Origin: Octopus bimaculoides
Lineage: Eukaryota
Direction: 5' to 3'
Length of the DNA stretch: 64,000 nt
Assembly: GCF_001194135.2 (NCBI RefSeq)
Contig: NC_068988.1
Span: 10,140,712 to 10,204,711, forward strand
The translations under genes were made by a program, and so were the position numbers. Numbering within the stretch: the stretch's first letter is position 1; each line of letters begins with the position of its first letter. Below, piece after piece: positions 53,976 through 64,000 of this stretch. The notes under the pieces were generated by a model that worked only from the letters and a program-made list of their open reading frames with translations, searched no databases and had not been told where the DNA came from.

Positions 53976-54960
53976 TCAGTAGTCTTATTTTAATCACGTG
54001 CTTTCATTGCACTACCAAGCGCAGCTCTGTGTGCCTTGGGTATGTGCTGTGGTTTGTATGGCGCTCTTATTTTCACTGTATTAAAAGTGTTTTGCTTAGG
54101 TTTTGTGCCGTGCTTAGGAGTGCTATTTTCTGTATGGTATATATATACTTGTAAGTCCAGGTGTTTATCTTATGTATTTGTCTGAATTTTCTTTCTTCAT
54201 ACCTAATGCGCTTACAATGATAGGAATTGTTTCTGTTTTGAGACTCCACATTCGAGTGACCTCCATTTCCAGATCTTTCTATTTTGAAAGTCCCTAAGTT
54301 TCTTTTAGAAAAACATTGTCATCAGTTGGTATTGATACATCGATTAGAAAGCTTATTTTGCTTGGTGATCTCTGACAACTATATGCGTCTTATTGGCCTT
54401 AATTTCTCTCTCTCTGTGTATTGGCATATCCCAGACTATTGCTGCTTTCTTATTTTCTGTGACCTTTTCTTTTGCTCTTCCATAATGTTGGCATGTCTTT
54501 CAGTATATATAGGTCCCAACTCTGTCGTGTCTGTGAATATATTCCTTCCTAGCCAGGACTGGGCAGCCAGAGACAATATGGTTTATTGTTTCTTCGCCAT
54601 CACCACATACTCAGCAGTTTCATGTATATCTTTTCATTACGTGGTTTTGGTGATTTCTGGTGGGAAAGCTTTGATATTGTGCTGCAAATTAAAAATCCTG
54701 TCTATTTCTTTTCTGTTTAACTTAACCCAATATTTGCCATGTACGAGCTTTTCTTGCCTTCATTTTGTCTTCATACGTTGCTGTTCCAGTGTTAGTTTGG
54801 ATTTCAGTTGTATTACAGCTTTTATTGTTTCGTTTTTTCTTCTTTATCTTTGTTGTCTACTATGACTTATTATTTGTATTTGTCAGCTTCTTTAAAGACT
54901 GAAATTAGTTGTTTTTGTCTTGTTTTGTGGCTATTTGTATTAGTTTTCCTTGGTTTTGCA
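53976..54960 (-). mobile_element. R4/Dong-type non-LTR retrotransposon, ~1-kb 5'-truncated copy (post-RT region, CCHC zinc knuckle, RLE endonuclease, 3' UTR)
   Basis: Minus strand KLVHGKYW; CGDGEETINHIVSGCPVLARKEYIHRHDRVGTYIY*KTCQHYG (CCHC); IVWDMPIHREREIKANKTHIVV; FLIDVSIPTDDNVFLKE; KDLEMEVTRMWSLKTETIPIIVSALG. Several stops and frameshifts. Ends ...ACTACTGA|AGAAGAAG. Confidence 0.92.
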
Positions 54961-57133
54961 CGTGTAGTTTAAGCCACGCACTTCCCGCTTTTAATCCTAG
55001 GGTTGAATAATATGGCTATTATTTAATTTAGTTTTTAATTTTTCTTTTGTGTGTGTGTATGGTGGTTGGGAATGGAAATGTTCTGATGGTGATTGGATCG
55101 TACTGTGGCGAGTGGGTGTACACGTGTTTTGAGAATGAAGATGATACACAGTGAAAATACATCATATCATTTGGAAAATAGAAATAAATTTTCATGATTA
55201 TTACTTACTAGGATATATCATCGTCATCAACATCATCATCATCCTCATCAAACATCGTCATCATCATCATCATCATCATCATCATAATCATCATCATCAT
55301 CATCATCATCATTATCATCATCTTGACTATTTGTTGTAGCTGTAGGAAAAGGTGTTGGAAGAGGTTTAGCAGCGGTATTTACACTAGAAATTTATATTTA
55401 TATGAAAGCATATGTGATTATAACTGCTCTGCTAAATCCGTTGGTATTTCTTATTATCTTGATTTATTAGTTGCTGTCATAGAAACTTCATTCATATTTA
55501 TGAATGAAGTTATATGATAACCTTTGTAGTTAGCGAAATCTTAAAAACTCGTTAGAATATAAGATTATTCATAATTCAAGCAAATACAGATATACCTAAA
55601 AGAATAAATACATTTATACCAAAAACATATGAATGCCTGGAAACAATCTACAGGAAAATAGAGTGGAAAAGAAATTGAAGTATTTATTATTAGATTGCTA
55701 GGGAAATAAGAAAAAAAAATCTCATGAAATCGTTATAATCCTCTTAAATGAATAGCAATATTAAAATACTAACGGCGGCAGTGTTTTTCCAGAATACAAT
55801 GAGCATAGAAATATCTTATTCGGATTCTTTAGTTGTGTTGTTTAATATTCTTTGGCTCCATTGCAGAGACTGAAACCATTAACAGTATAATGATACCCAC
55901 ACAGTTCCTAAAGACTTTATGAAATATAGCTCAATCCAAAATAATTTATATGAATAAAATACATTACATAATGTTATATAAAAATTGTTATATGTCGACG
56001 TCTACGTAGCGAGACATGGCAATAATATAGGTAAATGAAACATAGAAAGACTTTTTGAAATATATTTTTATGGGCATACATACAGAAATACACAGGCATA
56101 ATGTATACGTATATCATATATCTACTATGAACTTTTAAATCTCAACACCGAGCCCAGTAGCAAAGCCCTAGTTGCTATGTGCAGCGAGAGCATAAACAGT
56201 AGCAGCGAGTGAGTATTGCTGTAACTCACTTGAAAGTTTTGAAATTTTAACCAAGCATGTAATCATTTCGAAACCGTATGACATTTAGTAAAACGCTAAG
56301 AATCCATTCTCAGTGCGAGCGACGATTTATGAATCGATTACAAAAGAGTTCTATTTTTGTTAAAATCTAGTAAAAGCACGTAAGACACGGAGACAATCAC
56401 AATATTTATTTGGTCTGGGAGAACTGAAATTGAACAAGAAAAGAAATTGCTGAATGTTTTATCAGGAGCAAACCTAACATTTATTATCGGCTTTAAAATA
56501 ACTTTACAACGAACGCCCGTAAATAACAATTTATTGAAGATAACATTAAATTTTAAACATCCTTATCTACAGATGTGATGAATACAATATATCATCCACA
56601 CGCATAAAAGAAAGTAAATGTTCATCATTATATTGCCAGCTATATTTTATTTCAAGAATTATTAAATATCTCAGTATTTGAACTCTCTATTTTCAATATC
56701 TCATGTACGTTTTCTATTTAAAATGCAGGTGAAATATCCTTGTAAATAAGTTGAACAATAGTCGACTGATACGCAAATGCAATTATATGGAGGGAAACCT
56801 AAAGATTCAATAATTACTAAATCGCATATTTGTTTTTTAATTTCCAATAATTTTGACTTTATTAACATGAATACGTATAAAAGAAGTGAAATTCCAAATA
56901 CAATAATATAAAATAATTACTTTAAAATAGTTACCCCATAATAACCCAGTTAGTGAACAGAAAATGCCCAGCATATATCAGTATTTTACACAAAAATGTT
57001 TATTGGAGAAAGAAACTGCGATGTATAATGTGAAACTTTGAAATTAAATAATTTTCGGAGTTATGCTAAGTGTAGTGTGTTGTATACATACCGGCTATTA
57101 ATATAGAGAGTAACAATGTTCTTATATGAAAAG

Positions 57134-57168
<35 letters not shown>

Positions 57169-58789
57169 CGTATATAATTCAATGAATATAGCTACATAGT
57201 GTATATATAGGAAAGAAAGTTAATATCATTAAAAGAGCAATATATAATATTCCTGCAAAAGGTTGATCTGCATTTTTGCTGCTAGTTTAGTTAATTATCC
57301 TAGAGAGAGAGAGAAGAAAACTAATAAAACAGAATATTGTGAAAAGGGATAATAAGTATCAACATTTTTGCCAAATATTCTCATGATTTAAAAACTTTGG
57401 CGAGTAACCAACTTCCTGATGATATATTATTTTTTTAGAGAATAATTGCGTATACGATCGAGATTGTCTTTTTTCAATTGAATTGAGAATAAATGCATTG
57501 AAGTGATCAGAATCAAAAATATTTCCTACCATATTCTGGACCAATTTCAGGTCTAGTTTTTTGTTGAACGCCACCTGAATCTCAGCGAGTGTTAATAACT
57601 ATTAGTCAGATAGTTTTTATTTTTCTCTGCATCGTCAGATATATTATATATTCCCAACGTAAAGTAAACAGAATTTTCACTGTACTGTCATCGTTCATAT
57701 AGACATCACATTATCATATACACTTTGTTTTTGCTGGCAGTTACTTGCCAAGCCACTTGCAAATTGCACTCCTACATGTACACTATACATCAGCCTATTT
57801 CTACTTTTTGCCAATGATATAAATCCAGTTTACATTATACACATATTAATTATACCATCAATTTTTCTAAATACTTCAATTTGTGGTTAAGAACAATCTT
57901 GAAACAAGAACTTACCAAAACGTGCAACATTCAGTTAAAGGTGTTTCCGTATAAAATATAGTTTGTCTGAAGACTTTTATTTAAAGTTTCGAAATGATTA
58001 CATTGTATGCACAAAATTCAAATTATTCGTACACTTTAAATTCCGTTTCTTCTTTTGTATTTTTACGTTTCTAACTAGTGTGCTTTCCTTCAGTAGTTTT
58101 TCTTTGGTTAGAAGGATAAACGATTTTGAATGACAATACTATTAGGAGATATTGGTTTTTGAATTTCATATTTTGCTCTCTGAAGACTACTTCTTTAGTC
58201 TTTCAAAATGTAAATCATTTCCAACCGTCTGATTTAACTACAGCTAATAAAAAGATGTATATTTAATAGATCTATCCTAACATTTTCAAGTTATTTAAAG
58301 ATGATAAATTAAAAAAACAACCGGAGGCATATGTGTATTGTGATTGCAGTTTCATTTCTCACAAGAAAATTTCAGGAAATCTATTTGTTACTCGTTTATC
58401 AGACACCAAGCATTATTTCTCTAATATTACGAGAATTAAATACCATTACTGCAAAAAATAAATAAAAAGAGAATGAATACAATCTTCTGCAAAAAAATAA
58501 TTTTCCTACGCATGATATACGTTGCCCACGAACAGGATTTACGGTGTAAATGATGCTGATTTTTATTTACCTGATCGCATATATTCCTTCTTCCCAAAAG
58601 GCCTACTCCTTCATGTAAACGAAGTCATATAGTAACAGTATGGCATCGTGTTGCATCAGCAGTTGAGATGTTTATTATACAACCATAATACTAAATTTAA
58701 ATATATCCATATGACTAACAGTTTAATGTGCATCATATGAAGTATCCGTAATATAGGTTTCAAATTTTACTACAATGCCAGTAGTTCTG

Positions 58790-58890
58790 GGAAGGGAACT
58801 ACTGGATTATATCGCATGCATTGATTTCTCAACTGGTATTTAATTTACTGACCACGAAAGGAAGGAAGATAAAGTAGACTTCGGCGGAAT
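58790..58890 (-). mobile_element. SINE family A fragment
   Basis: ACTGGTATTTAATTTACTGACCACGAAAGGAAGGAAGATAAAGTAGACTTCGGCGGAAT aligns to the family A body. Confidence 0.6.
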
Positions 58891-59754
58891 AAAAGTATTT
58901 GGAATATATATATATATATATACATTATTGTGTGTGTGTGTGTATTTGTGTGTAAGTATATATGTACGTCTGTGTATTAATATGTCTAAATCTGTATAAG
59001 TTATTAATTTTATGCCCATATTCCAAAGACAAACTAAAGCCAATTTAATTCATAAAAATTATCCGGCTTTCCGAAATGACTCACTTCGCACATTCTTTGA
59101 AAACAGTGTATTTGTCTTCAATTAAATTATCTCTTATGTGTGCCCATTTGTATTGAAAACATAATGGCGTCCCTTCAGCTATACCAATTTTTCTTTATGA
59201 AAATATCATGACACTTTGGATACACATGTGAACAACCACAACGGCATTTTTGGTTTAAACATGTGTGTTTAACGAAGCTTTTACGACTACTTTACCCGAA
59301 TGTTTTCCCGCTCAATATCACATCATAATTCCATAAGTAGAATGAGAAATTCAATAATTATTGCATGATCAATCAATGTTTTACCGGCTGTTATTGACTG
59401 ATTTCGGTCTACAGCTCACTCCGTAGCTAACCACTCATCTCATAATCAATATTACAACTTCAATTATTTTCCATTACCTGGCTGTTAACTTTAATTCGTC
59501 TCTTCGGCGTCAAAATTTTATTTGTAAACAATAGTTGATGAAATTTTTGTTTTATGGCTGAACCAATAATGTGGGCATCTGCACAATAATTAACAGTAAT
59601 TATGGACATTGCTGTGTTTCCGTTGTAAACATTCAATTGTTTTTTAAAACTTACGAATAAAAATAATCATCGAGTGAAATAATCATTTCTAAATTATACA
59701 CAAACAGGCACTCCCACACATATATGCATGTATGTATTTATATGTGTATGTGTG

Positions 59755-60115
59755 TATGCATAGTAAGATGGTTGCTTCTCAACTTCGTGGTTCTGGATTC
59801 AATCACACTGCGTGGCACCTTCTGCAAGCGCCTTCTAATATATCCCCGAGCCGACCAAAACTTGCGAATGGATTTGGTAGACGGAAACTGAAATAACGTG
59901 TGTGTGTCTTTGGGCCCGTGCTTGCCCTCCATCATCGGTTGGCAACCGGTGTTGGTCTGTTTAGGTCCCTCTAAATGAACGGTTGGGCAAGAGTGACCGA
60001 TAGAATAAGTACTAGGCTTATGAAATAAGCTTTGGAGTCAATTTGTTCGACTAACATCCTTTGAAGGCGATTCTCCAGCTTGGACCCAGTCAAATGACTG
60101 TAACAAGTAGAGGAT
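59755..60115 (+). mobile_element. SINE family B (degenerate, near full length)
   Basis: GGTTCTGGATTCAATCACACTGCGTGGCACC...GCCGACCAAAA...GGTAGACGGAAACTGAAA...GACCGATAGAATAAGTACTAGGCTT...CAGTCAAATGACTG. Confidence 0.8.
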
Positions 60116-60514
60116 TAATAGAACAAGTCATATATATATATATATATTGTGCTATTATAAAATTTGTTTACAATAGAAGTATAGATATTTTATGTATCTG
60201 TGCGTGTAGTCATAAGGCCCGAGATACGATTAATCTATTCTTTGTTGAGATTTGAATTACTTTCAAATAATTTCAAAGGAAACATGTTGCAATAGTTACA
60301 TAAACATGTTAGATTGATGTACATTTTTTAAAATAGAAAATTGCAGTTCACTACCCAAATAGAATCCTTGTAGCAGATAGACAATTAACAGAAAAAAAAA
60401 GAAAACAAGCATGTATTATTATATTTGGAGATGGTAATACTACCAATTTAGCCAATGAAAACAGGTGCACTGTTTATTCGGTATTCGCTTGCTTTAGCTT
60501 TATTTCATATTAAT

Positions 60515-60560
60515 TATGTTAACTATTTCGTCACACTTCTGGGACCTCATCAGCGGTCCT
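60515..60560 (-). ncRNA. Hammerhead-ribozyme-like motif (degenerate)
   Basis: Minus strand CTGATGA-G-GTCCCA-GAAG-TGTGAC-GAAA-TAGTTA: catalytic core boxes around a 6-bp stem II with one mismatch. No stem I partner is visible. Confidence 0.35.
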
Positions 60561-61971
60561 TTTGCTTTCATTTGTTCTTTCTAACATGGGTAATTACATT
60601 TATATACTCAAACAACACATAAACATACAGACGTAGTTACACACAGACACACACTCGCATATACACAGACACATATATGTATATATACGTGTGAGAAAAC
60701 GAAAAACGTATAAAGGAAAGGCTGTTCCAGATATAAACGAGTGTATATAAAATAAATACAACTTATATCTGCATATATGTGTGCGAAAAGATACTTTAGA
60801 TGAAAATAGTTGAGGAGAATGTTTGCTGAACTAAGATATAATAAATTATACGGAGCGCAAAACAATAATTTTTATTAGAAATTGTTGGCTGTTACCAAGT
60901 TTCCGATCAGTACATTTTCAGCTGCAGAATATAATTTATAATCTCCAGGAAGGTGTTGTCTCGAAGAATTTTGTAAAAGATTCAAACTAAAACAACATTT
61001 ATGCGACTGAAAAATGTCTGCATCTCAAAATACGTAACATGCGGTAAATTCTTATATTTAATATATGTTCCTCCAAAACGGTAGACACTTGGAAAAAATA
61101 GTCAACAATAGAACGAGCCCTTTGAAATGGATATTTTGCAGACTGTGAAGTATAACCGGGAAACAAGTGGTAAGAAATGCTGCTATAATAGCTTTAAAAA
61201 TGTGACATCCCCAAAATACGTGTTGTTGACAATGAAATATAAAACGATATTGTATCTCGGCCTTGTACTGCACACCAGGTCACCGCCCAAGGTCTTACCA
61301 ACAGAAAGGGTTGAGTGGAAGCGAGAAAGAAACTGTCAAAGACGTTTGTAGATAATGGAAATCAATGAAACATGCACCTCTCTGAATGCATGGGATACGA
61401 TACTGAAGGAACAGGAGAATTTTGAGAAGCCGATCCCAGGATAGAGGAAACTAAAGAAGCTAAAATCTGAATGGAGGGAAGAGACCTGGCTGAAACTGAT
61501 GGATAAATTTCCGAAAGTAGCATTCAGTAGATTGCATAGTGGTGATGCATGTCTCACCGCTGTAAATCATCTCACCACTGAACCATCTGCGTAGCAGGAT
61601 GGTGTGCAATTATGCATTTGATGAGAAATGATAAGCATTGCCGAACAGATTTAAATTATACTGGGAAAGGTATTGGGTAGGCGTTTGCCTACCACCTACA
61701 TATTTGGATTTTGGCAATTCTCGGGTACAGTCAGCGTGACAAAATTACATAAGGCTGCAACTTTGAAATTACAAGTAATCCCTCAGAAAAATATAAATAG
61801 ATATATCAACAAGCAGATACAGGGAGAAAGAATGAGATAGATAGAGAGAGAGAGAGATAGGAAGAGAGAGAATGAGAGAGATTGGGAGAGAGAGAGAGAG
61901 AGAGGGAGAGNNNNNNNNNNGAGAGAGGAAGAGAGAGAATGAGAGAGATTGGGAGAGAGAGAGAGAGAGAG

Positions 61972-62004
<33 letters not shown>

Positions 62005-63799
62005 TTTCAAAATCAATTGGTATTTTACTTTCCTTTCTCATAACGATGAAATTCAATTCAAATTTGTTGGATTTTGAAATCGGAATGCATAAAACAGCAA
62101 AATAAATGATATCGTTCATTATACAAAATCCTCACCAATTATGCTAATTTTGGCAACGTGTAGATGAAAAATGAATTTATGAAATATGAATTTCATACAA
62201 AATCTCCATAGAGCTATAATAGAGACCTAAAACAATATTACATGTGTATATTGACTAGAGAAGTGAAGTTAATCGAAAAGTGTCGAAAACAATAAGATAC
62301 AGGCAAAATAATTCAATATGTTAAAGCAATTTATATTTCGTATGAATCTGTAAAAACAAATGTTAATCAAATTAATAATACATTGTACAGGTATGATATG
62401 TGTTTATATATATTTACTTGCAACCATAAACTTAGGTAATATTGTGTTAAAGGAAGTGAAATATTCGATTCGTGACGAAAATATGTTATAAATTATTTGT
62501 TTAGAAGGTATGAAAGTGTTGTTTCGTTTTTGTATTAAACAAATTTTAACAAATACGAACCTGATGTGTGATCTCATCATTGTAAATTTTAGCACGTTCA
62601 CACACACATGTGCACATGAGTAATATATATATATATATATATATATACACAAGTAAACATACACAGACATACATATTTAGATAGGTATCCATATGTAAGA
62701 GTGTATGTATACATATATTGCATTACATATATGTAGATATATGTATCAATGTCCACACATATGTACATATATTAAGTATACATACACGCCACCCCATATA
62801 TATACATATATATNNNNNNNNNNNNNNNNNNNNNNNNNNNNNNNNNNNNNNNNNNNNNNNNNNNNNNNNNNNNNNNNNNNNNNNNNNNNNNNNNNNNNNN
62901 NNNNNNNNNNNNNNNNNNNNNNNNNNNNNNNNNNNNNNNNNNNNNNNNNNNNNNNNNNNNNNNNNNNNNNNNNNNNNNNNNNNNNNNNNNNNNNNNNNNN
63001 NNNNNTATATATATATATATGGAGGGAGGGAATGATCGAGCGAGAGGGAGTTGGAATGGTGGAAGAGACATAGTCACAGAAAAGACATCAGAGCGTATCT
63101 ATCAAATTTACAGTTAACAAAACAAAAAGATATTTTATGTTGAGTTGGAAATAATAAACATTACATTCAATAAACACGACGAAATCCAATAAAAATATTA
63201 GCAAATCTAATTAAATCCATTTGATATGAATGTAAAACATATCCTTGCTTAATATAAAACAGTAGGAAATTAACGTTTCTAAATGTTCGGAAATATAGCG
63301 TAAATGCTATACAGGAGTTGTAGAAAAGTAAGTTTAAAGCATATCTGCCGTCATGTATATTTTTATGGCAATATTCTTTTATGTTCGCCTGTGAAAATAA
63401 CTGGAGAAAGAATATGCTAGAAGAGGAACTAGCTATTTCGAATTGTGACTTAGTTTCATTAGACTGACGGTTTTTCGAACATATGCAGCACACTACACCA
63501 AATATACGAAATGTTGAACTGACAACAGTGTGGGCTTGGAAAGATAGCAGCACAAAAGTATCGCGTCCCAGTGAGGCTAATTAAATGTGTATGTTGTCCG
63601 TTGGTCATACCCTCTTTTCAGGAACTTGAGCAGGCAAATTAATTTAATGTGTGCTCGAGTCGATCATATACATACATGCATACGTACATACATATATCTA
63701 TAACTTAGATTGGTTTCGGCCATTATCGGCAGAGGCTATGACTAACTCAAAAGCACCGCCCGGAAAAGTCTTTTAGTTAATTATTTGGGAACATCGCTA

Positions 63800-63965
63800 C
63801 CCACTAAACCTTTTTCTATTTTCTCTCCCTGTTTATTTTTATGTTCCCCTCTGTCGAAGAGTGTAGGCACGAAACGTTAAATACTTTCTCACTTCCTGAG
63901 CGTTAAACTAATGCATCTGTTTGTTGTTTACACATCCGTCGTCATTTTGTTTTTGTAAATTCTCA

Positions 63966-63967
<2 letters not shown>
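63800..63967 (+). mobile_element. Penelope-like terminal (pLTR) segment carrying a hammerhead-like motif
   Basis: CTGTCGA-A-GAGT-GTAG-GCAC-GAAACGTTA at 63851-63879 resembles PLE ends of the form CTGANGA(A)-stem-GAAACGT. It is followed by a T-rich tail and (CA)n. Confidence 0.45.

Positions 63968-64000
<33 letters not shown>

Noticed and set aside
54284-54865. 193-aa plus-strand ORF
   Set aside because: It is the antisense shadow of the R4-like LINE, whose recognisable motifs are on the minus strand.
61250-61560. Possible RTE-like LINE C-terminus (LPTERVEWKRERNCQRRL)
   Set aside because: Resemblance to the GxRxRGRP motif is too weak to call.
61855-61990. Duplicated GA-rich block around a 10-N gap
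   Set aside because: Low-complexity sequence flanking a minimal gap; probably an assembly overlap.
63167-63553. 128-aa minus-strand ORF with an internal strong acceptor (TTATTTTCACAG|GCG)
   Set aside because: No recognisable domain, composition typical of AT-rich noncoding DNA, and no supporting neighbouring exons.

Overview
Eukaryotic, very AT-rich, repeat-dense draft-assembly DNA with 15 N-gaps, most abutting (TA)n/(CA)n microsatellites. It is not prokaryotic. From recall of the repeat families (two abundant tRNA-derived SINE families, R4/Dong-like and Penelope-like retroelements, extreme microsatellite load) it most resembles an octopod cephalopod (Octopus) genome; this is recognition, not a database result. 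I cannot identify an intact or nameable host protein-coding gene, and almost all entries of the ORF track are translations of microsatellites or gaps. Supported content: about 20 SINE copies or fragments (here called family A and family B), four 3' fragments of restriction-like-endonuclease (R4/Dong-type) LINEs, a CR1/L2-like RT relic, Penelope-like RT and GIY-YIG relics plus two hammerhead-like motifs, a Tc1 transposase relic with an IR/DR-type right end, a Merlin/IS1016-like relic, and MITE-like elements. The most unusual observations are: (1) an 18-unit repeat-spacer minisatellite whose conserved core overlaps NF-kB-like, STAT (TTCN3GAA) and ETS (CAGGAAGT) motifs; (2) a 70-nt pre-miRNA-shaped hairpin with a competing upstream 21-bp antisense arm; (3) three cases of an R4/Dong-like LINE sitting tail-to-tail in the microsatellite tail of another retroposon, one with a 71-bp flanking duplication; (4) a 61-bp near-perfect palindrome with a solo half-copy 1.3 kb away. 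I see no firm evidence of a new multi-gene system; these are leads that need testing. Coordinates of degenerate element ends are approximate.
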